In this document: piece by piece, positions 9,838 through 21,600 of the stretch
Layout: the number at the start of each line of letters is the position of its first letter
Numbering within the stretch: position 1 is the stretch's first letter
Source of the DNA: Patescibacteria group bacterium
Lineage (GTDB): Bacteria; Patescibacteriota; Patescibacteriia; GWA2-46-9
Assembly (NCBI GenBank): GCA_041675205.1
Contig: JBAYUF010000001.1
Coordinates: 20,863-84,862 of the forward strand
Direction of reading: 5' to 3'
DNA length: 64,000 bases
The notes under the pieces: model-generated
The model's input: only the letters and a program-made list of their open reading frames with translations
Told to the model about the DNA's origin: nothing
Databases searched by the model: none
Position numbers and translations under genes: made by a program

Positions 9838-10554
9838 ATGTCCGGTCATTCGAAATGGGCGACAACCAGGCGTCAAAAAGCGGTGGTGGATGCGAAGCGA
9901 GGCATACAATTTACAAAATTATCACACGCCATCACTGTTGCTGCTAAGGAAGGCGGTGGTGATTTAGCTGCGAATACTCGATTACGCTTGGCAGTTGAAA
10001 CTGCCCGTGCGTCGAGTATGCCAAAAGATAATATTGAACGTGCCATTCATCGCGGCACCGGTGCACTCGCCGGCATGCATGTCGAATCGATTACCTATGA
10101 AGGTTTTGGACCAGGTAGCACGGCACTGTTTATTGAAGCGTTAACCGACAACAGAAATAGAACAGTTGCTGAAGTAAAAAATATTTTTTCAAAGCACTCA
10201 AGTACCCTAGGTAACCCCGGCAGCACGGCCTGGATGTTTTCGCGTTATGGCATGGTTACGTTGTCGCGACCCGAAGCCCTTATTGATGAGCTGGCCTTAA
10301 TCGACCTTGGGGCGGACGACCTCATGCTAGAAGACGAGGCAATTCTATTACTAACAACAGTCGAAGGTTTGGTGGCGCTTGCTGACCGAGCACGCTTAGC
10401 AGGATGGACCGTTACTGAGGCAACGTTGACCTACCTGCCAAAGATACCAACTGAGTTCCCAACCGGTAAAACAGGAGAGCAGTTACTTTCATTACTCACC
10501 ACCCTGGACGAGCATGACGATATTGTAAATGTCTACTGTGTCGCAACAGCGTAA
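9838..10554 (+). CDS. yebC: YebC/PmpR-family transcriptional regulator
   Basis: MSGHSKWATTRRQKAVVDAKRGIQFTKL is the canonical YebC N-terminus. Confidence 0.9.
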   Translation: MSGHSKWATTRRQKAVVDAKRGIQFTKLSHAITVAAKEGGGDLAANTRLRLAVETARASSMPKDNIERAIHRGTGALAGMHVESITYEGFGPGSTALFIEALTDNRNRTVAEVKNIFSKHSSTLGNPGSTAWMFSRYGMVTLSRPEALIDELALIDLGADDLMLEDEAILLLTTVEGLVALADRARLAGWTVTEATLTYLPKIPTEFPTGKTGEQLLSLLTTLDEHDDIVNVYCVATA

Positions 10555-11032
10555 CAACACAATTCTTGGCATAGACCCTGGCTATGGACGTTTGGGGTAC
10601 GCCGTTATTGCAGGGACAAGTAGTGCGCCCAGTTGTCAGATCTTTGGCTGTCTTGAAACCGACATGCACAGTAGTGTGCCCGAACGGTTACTTATGATTC
10701 AACAGCATTGTTTACACTTAATTAATCAGTATCAGCCGCGGGTACTTGCGATAGAAACATTAACCGCCAGAAAGAATGTGTCGACAGTTATCAATGTGGC
10801 AGCAGCTCGTGGCGTCGTTTTAGCAACGGCCGCTGCCGCCTCGCTGCTCGTTGTAGAGGTTACTCCAAATCAGGTAAAACAGGCGCTGACCGGTAATGGT
10901 GCTGCCAACAAATCACAAGTTCAGCGTATGGTGCAACGCATTCTAAAATTGCAACTGCCAATTACCTCAGATGATGCTGCTGACGCTCTCGCCGTTGCCT
11001 TAGCGGTGCAACCGCAGCTTCGTCGGTTGTAG
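10529..11032 (+). CDS. ruvC: Holliday junction resolvase RuvC
   Basis: ILGIDPGYGRLGYAVIA with catalytic Asp/Glu residues at conserved positions. Overlaps yebC by 26 nt in another frame, in the typical yebC-ruvC arrangement. Confidence 0.85.
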   Translation: MSTVSQQRNNTILGIDPGYGRLGYAVIAGTSSAPSCQIFGCLETDMHSSVPERLLMIQQHCLHLINQYQPRVLAIETLTARKNVSTVINVAAARGVVLATAAAASLLVVEVTPNQVKQALTGNGAANKSQVQRMVQRILKLQLPITSDDAADALAVALAVQPQLRRL

Positions 11033-11044
11033 GTAACGAACGCA

Positions 11045-12340
11045 CTAGCGAGTATACCCAAGAGGGTTCACTCGTTTACCTCGAGAAATTACTTCAAAGT
11101 GTAGGTGCGGGCCAGTAGAACGACCGGTTGAGCCCATGAGTGCAATAGTTTGCCCACGATCAACACGTTCGCCGGCTTTCACGAGATTCTTCGTGGCGTG
11201 TCCGTAGCGCGTAACGAGTCCGTTGTCGTGACGAATGAGCACCATGTTCCCGTACGCTCCTGCCCAACGTGATTCAATGACAACGCCACTTTCTGCTGCA
11301 TAAATAGGAACGCCGAGCTTCCCCTTAATATCGACGCCGGTATGACGGTAACCGAAGTATTGGTTGATGTGATGGTCGACAGTTGGCCAGAGGAGGTCAG
11401 CACCGTCGTCACTCGGCGCACGAGCGGGAACAGTGCCGGACGTTGTTGCTCGTGTTGTTGGTCGACGTACCACAACGGCTGCGGGTGGTGTGCCCCCGGG
11501 AATAATGAGTTGGTCACCCGGGCGCACGGTACTGGTGCTGGTAATGTTATTGAAAGAAAGTACCGCCTGTTCAGTTACGCTGTATTTTTTAGCAATGCCC
11601 GCCACCGTCTCTCCTTTTAGAACGGTGTGTGAAAGACCATCGACGGGTAGAATTGTAATTGTTTGGCCGGGTCGAATGAGAGAACGAGCGGTTAGAGAGT
11701 TTGTGTAGAGTAGGGTGGTTAATTTTAATCTAAATTTCGCGGCAATGCCTGCCAGCGTATCGCCATCAGCGACGGTGTACTTTTCTATGTGCGTACGGGT
11801 GGCAACGCTTTCTTCGGTGCCAACGATATATGGTTGAAAGATGGCTTCGCCAGTTGGGCTAGTGAATGTTCGGGCTGATGTTTCGTTTGTGTCGTCGCCG
11901 TCTGTTTCTAGTTCTGCAAGTAAGCTTTCTGGCAGCGCAGGGATACTGTTTAATTCTTCACCACTATCTGTTCCCACAATGTCGAGTATAATCCGTCCTT
12001 CACCATACTCAGCGGCGTTAGCAGAAGAGAAACGAAGATTACTATTTACTGCAGTAACGGCAATGAGCAGCAGTAAAGCATGGAGTAGGTAGCGGTGTGA
12101 AAATGGACGAAGCCAGCGCGAAGGGGCTGTGAGTAATACTCGTTCAACACCACGTCGTAAGCGACGATACCAACCATAGATTGGGGTGACGACGGTTAGG
12201 AAGCTCAAAAGGAGGCCTTCGGCAATCCTGGAAAAAGCGGGTAAGAGGAAAAAACTACTACTGCGACGACGAAAATAAACAAGGCTCTTGGTGGCCAAGA
12301 GCAGAAATCGCACGCCGAACGCTTTAAAGTTGCGGCTCAT
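11045..12340 (-). CDS. LysM-domain M23 family metallopeptidase
   Basis: N-terminal TM, two LysM motifs (GDTLAGIAAKF, GETVAGIAKKY), and the C-terminal M23 motif HTGVDI...GSTGRSTGPHLHFEV. Confidence 0.85.
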   Translation of the reverse strand: MSRNFKAFGVRFLLLATKSLVYFRRRSSSFFLLPAFSRIAEGLLLSFLTVVTPIYGWYRRLRRGVERVLLTAPSRWLRPFSHRYLLHALLLLIAVTAVNSNLRFSSANAAEYGEGRIILDIVGTDSGEELNSIPALPESLLAELETDGDDTNETSARTFTSPTGEAIFQPYIVGTEESVATRTHIEKYTVADGDTLAGIAAKFRLKLTTLLYTNSLTARSLIRPGQTITILPVDGLSHTVLKGETVAGIAKKYSVTEQAVLSFNNITSTSTVRPGDQLIIPGGTPPAAVVVRRPTTRATTSGTVPARAPSDDGADLLWPTVDHHINQYFGYRHTGVDIKGKLGVPIYAAESGVVIESRWAGAYGNMVLIRHDNGLVTRYGHATKNLVKAGERVDRGQTIALMGSTGRSTGPHLHFEVISRGKRVNPLGYTR

Positions 12341-12425
12341 ACTATTTCTGCAGTTTACATTGGCGAGAATTGAGGGTCAATGAAAACTGTTCGGTCCTAT
12401 ACGCTGATGCTACACTGTCCTGACT

Positions 12426-13373
12426 ATGGACCCACGCCTCGCACTCCTAATCATTGTCGTCGTTCTCGCCATCATCGGGCTCCTGCTTGATCGTCGATTA
12501 CGTTCGCTTGTGCAAACACAGAACAACGTCGCTGACCCAGCTATGATGCTGTTAAATCAAAATGTGCAAGGCATGCAGATGCGTATCGATGAATCGACTC
12601 GGGCGCTCAATACCCGGCTGGACCGTGCGGCCGAGGTTATTTCGGGTGTTGGCCAGGAGCTCGGTCATGTTAAAGAGATTGGTCGTTCAATGAAGGATCT
12701 GCAAGATTTTTTGCGATCACCGAAGTTACGCGGCAATATTGGCGAGCAGGTTATGAACGACCTGCTGGTACAATATTTTCCTAATGCTCATTTTGCGTTG
12801 CAGCATACGTTTCAAACAGGAGATCGGGTCGATGCTATTTTGAAGACAGCCAATGGACTCATCCCGCTTGATTCAAAGTTTCCTCTAGAAAATTTTCAAC
12901 GCATGCAACGAGCGCAGGAAGAAGTAGCGGCGGCAACATTTCGACGTGAATTTAGAAAAGATACAAAAAAACACATTTCAGACATCAGCCGTAAATATAT
13001 TCTACCGGCCGAAGGGACGACCGACTTTGCCATTATGTACGTTCCTTCCGAAGCTATTTACTATGAAATTATTCGAGACGACGAAGAGCTAAATGCGTTT
13101 GCTAATGAGAAACGAGTTTTTCTCGTTTCACCAAATAGCTTTTACTATTTTTTGAAAGTTATTTTGATTGGCTTAGAAGGAAAACGAGTGGAAGAGAACG
13201 CAAAACGTATTTTGGAAACAATGCGAGCGATTCAGCAGGATGCCGTTCGATTCGGGAGCGAGCTTCGAGTGCTCTCAACGCACGTGACGAACGCGAAGGC
13301 GACCATTGATCGAGCAAATATCGAGTACGGTAAATTGGCCGGTCGCATTGATGATGTTCGCCTGCTCAAGTAA
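12426..13373 (+). CDS. rmuC: DNA recombination protein RmuC
   Basis: N-terminal TM, coiled coil, and the RmuC C-terminal region LRGNIGEQVMNDLL...DAILKTANGLIPLDSKFPLE. Confidence 0.75.
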   Translation: MDPRLALLIIVVVLAIIGLLLDRRLRSLVQTQNNVADPAMMLLNQNVQGMQMRIDESTRALNTRLDRAAEVISGVGQELGHVKEIGRSMKDLQDFLRSPKLRGNIGEQVMNDLLVQYFPNAHFALQHTFQTGDRVDAILKTANGLIPLDSKFPLENFQRMQRAQEEVAAATFRREFRKDTKKHISDISRKYILPAEGTTDFAIMYVPSEAIYYEIIRDDEELNAFANEKRVFLVSPNSFYYFLKVILIGLEGKRVEENAKRILETMRAIQQDAVRFGSELRVLSTHVTNAKATIDRANIEYGKLAGRIDDVRLLK

Positions 13374-13375
13374 CT

Positions 13376-14293
13376 ATGATTGGCGAAACCAAGATAGCTC
13401 GTGCCGCCGTGCAGACGGTATCGTACTTACATCTATTCCACTATGCGCCAACCAGTACTGAAGTGTGGCAATTATTGTGGCGAACGCCGGCTGAACTTTC
13501 TGAGGTAGAGGCCGAACTATATGATCCAGCCACGGATCGTTTTTCTGTTGCGGGGGCTTTCGTGTCGCTCGTGGGTAATGAGTCTTTGCCTGCGATACGT
13601 TTGGCGCGCTACAGAATAGCAGAACTGAAGTTGGAACGCGCCCGACGGGCCGCTCGTTGGATTGGATTCCTCCCATGGGTCGAAGGAATTGCCGCTTGTA
13701 ATTCCTTGGGGTATCAAAACACAAAGAAAGAAAGTGATATTGATTTCTTTATCGTTGTTAAACCAGACGCATTGTGGTTGACGAGGTTCATTGTGGTCGG
13801 TATTGCAAAACTCATGGGGGTTCGTCCGACGGCGACACATGCGGCCGATACGCTCTGCTTTAGTTTTTGGACAACAACACGGCAATTAAATTTGTCGAAA
13901 CTGGCGCTACCGAGTGAGGACCCATACCTAACGTTTTGGGTTGCTCAGATAACCCCACTGTTCGGCCGAGGCGATATTTGGTCTCGATTTTGGCTGGCGA
14001 ATAATTGGGTAAAAGAATTGTTGCCGAACGCAAGTGGTTATACGACATTGCCGCATGCTCTTTATAGGGCTGCTGGCGTTACGCGGCCCGTGAGTCGTTT
14101 GGTGCAGTGGCTAAACGAAAAAGTAGGTGTGTGGCAACGACATCACCTTCCCGAGTCGATACGAACAGCGGTACCAGATGATTCGCATGGTGTTGTTATT
14201 GAGGATAATATACTTAAGTTCCATACACATGATCGCCGTGCGCAGTATCGAGATGAATGGCATAGTGAGCGGCAGGCGCTCGGTGTTGACTAG
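13376..14293 (+). CDS. Hypothetical protein with a possible nucleotidyltransferase-fold motif
   Basis: NSLGYQNTKKESDIDFFIV resembles the hG[GS]...DxD minimal NTase motif. Family unknown. Confidence 0.4.
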   Translation: MIGETKIARAAVQTVSYLHLFHYAPTSTEVWQLLWRTPAELSEVEAELYDPATDRFSVAGAFVSLVGNESLPAIRLARYRIAELKLERARRAARWIGFLPWVEGIAACNSLGYQNTKKESDIDFFIVVKPDALWLTRFIVVGIAKLMGVRPTATHAADTLCFSFWTTTRQLNLSKLALPSEDPYLTFWVAQITPLFGRGDIWSRFWLANNWVKELLPNASGYTTLPHALYRAAGVTRPVSRLVQWLNEKVGVWQRHHLPESIRTAVPDDSHGVVIEDNILKFHTHDRRAQYRDEWHSERQALGVD

Positions 14294-14298
14294 ATTTT

Positions 14299-15642
14299 AT
14301 GAAACTAAAAATGCAACAACTTGTCGCCGTCCTTACCGTACTGTTACTTCCTTGGCAGACAGTATGGCTGCTGTCGCCTGTCGTTTTTGGTGTCGGTTCG
14401 TCATTCATGACGCTCAGCATTTATCTGGTCGATGTACTTCTCTTTGTGTGTTGCCTACTGCTGCTTCGTCGAACTACTTTTTCGTTTGCTAGACCAGCGC
14501 AGGAACGTTGGTTATTCGGTATCGCCTTCATCGCTCTTTTTATCGGAACTTTCCTTTCACCCGTCCCTATACTTGCCGTGCAAAAATTTGTATCTTTTTT
14601 TCTTGTCGGATTCTTCACATGGTTTGCCATTCGAATTTTGCCTAGAAATCTTATATTCGTCACGGTCAGTGTCGCTGGCGTCGTCGCTGCGGTTCTCGGC
14701 ATTGGCCAATTTTTACTCCAGACAATTCCGGGCAGTAGTATTCTCGGCATCGCATCGCAGTCGGCGTCGATTCTTGGTACGGCAGTTGTTGAAACAGTGC
14801 AAGAAAGGTTTTTGCGAGCGTATGGTCCATTTCCTCACCCGAATATTCTTGGGGGGTACCTAGCCCTAACGCTCGTGTTTACAGTCGCATACTACTTTCA
14901 GTTGTATGAAAAATTTCAACCGTGGTGGAATACCATTGGTCAAACGGTATCGAAAAAAAAACTTTGGCATCAGCCGATAGTTCGACAAACTGCACTTGCA
15001 GCCGCGTTTAGCTTGGCGACGTTTGTGCTCCTTATCACCGGTTTACTTGTGTCGTTTTCTCGCTCGGCAATGCTCGGCGCGGTAGTGGGTGTTGGATCGT
15101 TTCTTAATAAAAAAATTCATCAGAACCCAATTCGTGGTGGCGTATTAAGCGGAAAGCTTTTTCTTATCGCCTGCCTCACTATTACGGTTTGGGTACTGAG
15201 CGTGCCAGGACTTTTCCAGGGTCGGTTAACGGCGAGTGGTCGACTGGAAGCGTATTCCGTTGCTAGCCGTTTAACGCAATATAAAGAAGCGAACACTTTA
15301 TTTATGAGCAATGCATTGTTTGGCGTTGGCGTTGGCAACTACGTTCCGGCACTCATGCAAACGTTTCCAGGTCGCGCGGTCTACGATTATGAACCAGTTC
15401 ATAATGTCCTCGTACTTGCTGTTGTAGAAGTTGGAGCAATTGGTAGTCTGGCTGTTTTGCTACTCCTTTATCGTAAACGAGAAATGCTGCGGCAATTGCT
15501 CCTAACACCAACTGGTGCTGGGGTGATGTATACCTTGCTTCCGCTTATGTTGCTCGACCATTATATATGGTCGCTCCATGCCGGTATTGTGCTCTTAGTT
15601 TTGGTCGGTCTGGGTCTTAGTAGTAAGGAAACGGTATCTTGA
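14299..15642 (+). CDS. O-antigen ligase (Wzy_C)-family polytopic membrane protein
   Basis: About 10-12 TM helices; central LVSFSRSAMLGAVVGVGSF loop typical of O-antigen ligase/WaaL-like proteins. Confidence 0.55.
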   Translation: MKLKMQQLVAVLTVLLLPWQTVWLLSPVVFGVGSSFMTLSIYLVDVLLFVCCLLLLRRTTFSFARPAQERWLFGIAFIALFIGTFLSPVPILAVQKFVSFFLVGFFTWFAIRILPRNLIFVTVSVAGVVAAVLGIGQFLLQTIPGSSILGIASQSASILGTAVVETVQERFLRAYGPFPHPNILGGYLALTLVFTVAYYFQLYEKFQPWWNTIGQTVSKKKLWHQPIVRQTALAAAFSLATFVLLITGLLVSFSRSAMLGAVVGVGSFLNKKIHQNPIRGGVLSGKLFLIACLTITVWVLSVPGLFQGRLTASGRLEAYSVASRLTQYKEANTLFMSNALFGVGVGNYVPALMQTFPGRAVYDYEPVHNVLVLAVVEVGAIGSLAVLLLLYRKREMLRQLLLTPTGAGVMYTLLPLMLLDHYIWSLHAGIVLLVLVGLGLSSKETVS

Positions 15643-15646
15643 CACG

Positions 15647-15673
15647 TTAGCACTCGCTTTTGTAGAGTGCTAT
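15647..15673 (+). promoter_or_regulatory. CIRCE operator (HrcA binding site) with an overlapping sigma70-like promoter for groESL
   Basis: TTAGCACTC-N9-GAGTGCTAT matches the TTAGCACTC-N9-GAGTGCTAA consensus. A TTGACA-N18-TAGAGT promoter at about 15639-15668 overlaps it. Confidence 0.7.
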
Positions 15674-15684
15674 CACGGTCGACG

Positions 15685-15709
15685 ACACCACATACCTGTG
15701 GTGTTTTCC
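15685..15709 (+). terminator. Hairpin plus U-tract between CIRCE and groES (terminator of the upstream gene or a 5'-UTR attenuator)
   Basis: ACACCACA-tacc-TGTGGTGT followed by TTTCC. Confidence 0.4.
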
Positions 15710-15746
15710 GACAGCCGTAACTATCGTTATTAATACATCATTCATT

Positions 15747-16040
15747 ATGAAGCTAAAACCATTAGCTGATCACGTAATAGTGAAACCAGCGAAGGAGGAA
15801 GAAGTAACCAAGTCGGGTATTGTTTTGCCAGATACCGCAAAAAGCGAAAAGCCAGAACAAGGTGAGGTGCTGGCGGTTGGTCCAGGGAAGCTTTTAGAAA
15901 ACGGTACTCGTGCACCGATGACTGTCAACGTTGGCGACAAAATTGTTTTTAAGAAATACAGCCCCGACGAAGTAAAGATTGATGGTGAAGAGTATTTGGT
16001 GGTCAGTGAGTCAGACATCATCGCCGTGGTAGCCGCGTAA
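15747..16040 (+). CDS. groES: Co-chaperonin GroES
   Basis: [29 protein letters not shown], 97 aa. Confidence 0.95.
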   Translation: MKLKPLADHVIVKPAKEEEVTKSGIVLPDTAKSEKPEQGEVLAVGPGKLLENGTRAPMTVNVGDKIVFKKYSPDEVKIDGEEYLVVSESDIIAVVAA

Positions 16041-16058
16041 CATAACTCAATTCATTAA

Positions 16059-17699
<1,641 letters not shown>

Positions 17700-17717
17700 C
17701 GCGCACCGTTTTGTGCC

Positions 17718-17754
17718 AAAAAATCCTCCGCCCACACGGAGGATTTTTTGTTTA
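17718..17754 (+). terminator. Rho-independent terminator after groEL
   Basis: AAAATCCTCCG-cccaca-CGGAGGATTTT followed by TTGTTTA. Confidence 0.75.
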
Positions 17755-17761
17755 TGTGTCG

Positions 17762-17770
17762 TGCTATACT
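17762..17770 (+). promoter_or_regulatory. Extended -10 TGcTATACT placed 6 nt before an ATG (leaderless start)
   Basis: gTGCTATACT-ttttct-ATG. Confidence 0.45.
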
Positions 17771-17776
17771 TTTTCT

Positions 17777-18208
17777 ATGCGTTTTGTACCAAGGGTCCCA
17801 AAGATAATCATTCAAGATCTGGGAAGGTCGCGCATCGCGCCTGTGGTTATTTTGATAGTAGTGCTCTGTGCTGCTGAGTATGGCTTTCGGTATTACTTTT
17901 CAGTGCCGGCGATTATTGGCTACCTGACGTACTGGCTTGGCTTAAGTTTCTTTTTTTACGTTGTTACGAAAAATCTTGTCGTCAGAGAGCACGATGATAT
18001 GCTGCTCTTCGTTACCATAGGAATGACAGGTGCGGTGACGGGTCTTTTTTTGGCACTTTGGAAAGTGTATTTGTATCAAGAACTTTGGACAGCGTTTAAT
18101 TTGATCGCTGAACCTGTTCGTACTGGCCTCTATGGGTTTATGATTGCCTGGCTTTTCGTGCGAGCGCAATCAAACGTTCGGCAAGCAACATTTTCATCCC
18201 CGAATTAA
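17777..18208 (+). CDS. Hypothetical membrane protein
   Basis: Four predicted TM helices. The start is moved to the ATG at 17777, because the ORF-track start at 17711 lies inside the groEL terminator. Confidence 0.45.
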   Translation: MRFVPRVPKIIIQDLGRSRIAPVVILIVVLCAAEYGFRYYFSVPAIIGYLTYWLGLSFFFYVVTKNLVVREHDDMLLFVTIGMTGAVTGLFLALWKVYLYQELWTAFNLIAEPVRTGLYGFMIAWLFVRAQSNVRQATFSSPN

Positions 18209-18223
18209 TAGCATAATGCTTCT

Positions 18224-18580
18224 ATGACCAGTAAGACGTCCAAGCGTGAACAACGCGAAAAAATAACCGACGTAGCCCCAGCCCAGGCAGACAGAGTGTT
18301 GGCTGTCTTGTCGTACCTCTGGATTTTCTTTGTCGTTCCTTTGGTGTTGCGTCCGGAAAGTGCCTTTATACAGTTTCATGCTAAGCAAGGAATTGTTGTT
18401 GCGCTTGCCTGGTTCATGCTTTGGGTAATCGGTATTGTGCCACTCCTTGGTTGGCTACTATTCCCCGTTGGGAGTCTTCTTCTTTTGGCTGTTAACGTGC
18501 TTGCCATTGTAAAAGCATGGCAAGGCGAGATGTGGAGAATTCCTTATTTGCATCAATACGTTGCTAGACTTGGTTTATAA
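18224..18580 (+). CDS. DUF4870-like small membrane protein
   Basis: RVLAVLSYLWIFFVVPLV...HAKQGIVVALAWFML...IPYL matches the DUF4870/YvlC-like topology. Preceded by CATAAT-N6-ATG. Confidence 0.5.
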   Translation: MTSKTSKREQREKITDVAPAQADRVLAVLSYLWIFFVVPLVLRPESAFIQFHAKQGIVVALAWFMLWVIGIVPLLGWLLFPVGSLLLLAVNVLAIVKAWQGEMWRIPYLHQYVARLGL

Positions 18581-18678
18581 AAATTTTAACTTCAGATTTT
18601 GTCGTTTTTGTGTTATAAAATAGGTAGTAAATTTTAATTCGTCGTGGTTACGGCGTACGTACTGCAAGCATAGAAAAC

Positions 18679-21600
18679 GTGCATTTTTTTCTGATAAGAA
18701 AGCAAGCTGGTATAAGGAGAAGGATTTCGTCCTTTGTGATTGTTGTTGCGCTTGTGGTAACTGGTTTTACGCCAGGGAACATTCTTGCGGCAACAGGGGT
18801 ACCGAACATTATTAATCATCAAGGGAGGTTACTTGACGCAAGTAGCAACCTCATTGGCGGCTCGGGGACAAATTATTGTTTCCGCTTCTCTTTATATTCA
18901 GATACAACGGTTGGTGCGCCTGATACAAAATTGTGGCCATCCGGCACCCCCTCGACCATGACGGTTGAAGTAAAGAATGGCATTTTCAACGTTGGTATTG
19001 GCGACACGGCAGCCGGCGGCGACACGTTAGATTTTGATTTTCAGACAACAGACACAAGCTACTTGAACGTTGAGGTTGCGCCACAAGTTTCAAGTTCTTG
19101 TGTCGGTGTTAGTTTTGAAACGCTTAGCCCTCGGCAACGGGTGGTTGCTTCAGGCTACGCCATCAACGCAGAAACTGTTGGTGGTTTTACTCCCGCGCAG
19201 TCCGCCACAGGCAGTCAAATTCCTGTGCTCACCTCCGGCAATCTATTTCTTGGTGGCACAAACCCGCAATTAAATGTTACTGGTGCGAACACGCTCACGT
19301 TGCAAGGTGGTGCCGGGACTGGTGCCATTCAATTTTTTTCTTCCTCAAACGCCATCACGTCGGCTGGTGCGCTAACTATTGCGGGGGTCTTTGATACCGC
19401 GAGTACTCTGCAAGCCGGTTCCAGTAACGTAACACTTACCCTCGCAACCGGTTTTATCGATGCCGACGCATTAACACTGTTCGCCGGTGCAGATGGAGCA
19501 AGCGCAACAACGTCTACTGGTTCAGGCCTCGAAGCGGCTGCTGATGGGCTTAGCTTATTGCAAGGGTGTAGTGATTCTGAGGTATTGAAATGGAATGAGA
19601 CGACCGATGTCTGGGCGTGTGCGGTTGACGCTACTGGCGGTTCAGCGTCACTCCAAGGAGCGTACGATGGCGGTGCCGCCATTACCTCTTCAAACGCTCG
19701 TGACCTGGCCTTTACTCTGGCCAACACAGCAACTGATTCTAATTTTGCAATTTCTATTGCCGCCGATTCAACCTCAACCGTATCAATTAGCCGTGCCGAT
19801 GGTGGCGCCACAAGCCCCGCCCAGCTTTTCTTACTTGATAATCTTGACACCGATACCGCGCAACCCATTGCTCTTAAAATTCAGTCCTTGGCTGGAACTA
19901 TCACTACTGCCCTCGATGTATCTGACGCCGAGATTGGTACTGCTCTGGCAATTGGGTCAAATAGTATCACGACGAGTAGCGGCACTATTGCAGCAACCGA
20001 ACTTGATCGTCTAACAGGCAAAGACGCACCACTCGTTGACACCAATGATGCAGTTGCCACCGCCATCACTGGCACAGGCACCATCACTTCCGGCATCTGG
20101 AACGCCGGGGCGGTGACATCTTCGGGCGCCATTCAGGGCACCACGCTGACCGCCACTGCTGCTGGTGGCGTTATTCTGCAGAACGCAGAAACCATTACGA
20201 ACGCCATTGATGGCCTCATCACCTTCACTCGTACAGACGCCAACGCCGACACCATCAGCATTTCCCCAGCAACCGGTGGCGCCGCGACGTTTGCCGGTAT
20301 CTTCACCTCTGCCGACCTCACTGCTGACCGAACATGGACTCTGCCAAACGTTTCTGGCACGGTCATCACCACTGGCGACACCGGCTCAGTGACGAGCGCC
20401 ATGATTCTAGACGGCACCGTAGCAAACGGTGATCTCGCCGCTGGTACGTTCACCAACATCACTGGCACGGGCGCCTTAGATGCTGGTTCCATCACTGCTA
20501 ACTTTGGTGCCATTAACGTTGGTGCCGACAGCATCACCGGCGGCGCTATGCAAGGAACATTCCTCACCGCCACAACCGCTGCTTTCGGCCTCGTCATTGG
20601 CACTGGAGTGAACGCCACCACGCTTTCCTCCACCGCTAGCGCCGCCCGTGCCATCTCTTTCCCGGATGTGGCCGGCACACTCATTAGTACTGGTGACACC
20701 GGCACCGTCACGAGCACTATGATTCTGGATGGCACCGTGGCGAACGGCGACTTAGCCGGCTCCATTGCCGCTTCTAAACTTGTGGGTTCCGATATCGCCG
20801 CCGTTGGCACCATCACCTCCGGCATCTGGAACGCCGGGGCAGTGACATCTTCGGGTAACATTGATGCCACCGGCACACTGCAAGCTGGGTCATCGAACAT
20901 TACTATCACCGTTGCGGCTGGGTATCTTGATGGTGATGCTCTGCAACTTACCAATGCTGGTGCCGGTGCCACCTCCTCTAATTCAGGACTTGAAGTTATT
21001 TCTGATAAGATCGGGCTCCTCCAAGGTTGTTCTGACGGAGAGATATTAAAATGGACAGAAGGCACGGGGGTCTGGGCGTGCGCAGTGGATGGTGGTGGAG
21101 CTGCTGGAGATAGCGTTTCAATTAATGGTTCGGCAACGACCGACAGTAATTTTATTGATGTGGTTGCTTCAGCGACTGCCGCGGCTATCAATTGGAGTTT
21201 GAATACAGTACCAGCTCCAGACGAAATTTCTTTAGCGATTGGTGCTGCTTCCGGTACTGACGCTGGTATAGTAACCGCCAACGCTCAAACACTTGGTGGA
21301 ACAAAAACATTTGCTAATGGCCTCACCATCACTGCCGGCCAAACATTCACCATGAACAGTGATGCATTCACCGACCTCACTGGCACAAATCTTGAAGTTG
21401 CGTCAAACGCGCTTCGTGTCATTGCTAATCCTACGTTTTCAACCTCAGTTACAACTCCTCTACTGCAGTCGGCCGATAATGGTTCGACATTAACACTTAA
21501 CATGCCGGTAAGCGGGGCTGATGCTGGTGCACACACACTTGCTCTTCAAGTTGATGGGAACACCGCTATCTCGGTAGCGGCGACGGGGGACGGCGCCGGT

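Noticed and set aside
9327-9947. 206-aa plus-strand ORF antisense to trigger factor
   Set aside because: Lies entirely within, and antisense to, the high-confidence tig gene. It is Cys/Arg/Ser-rich with no domain signature, a typical shadow ORF.
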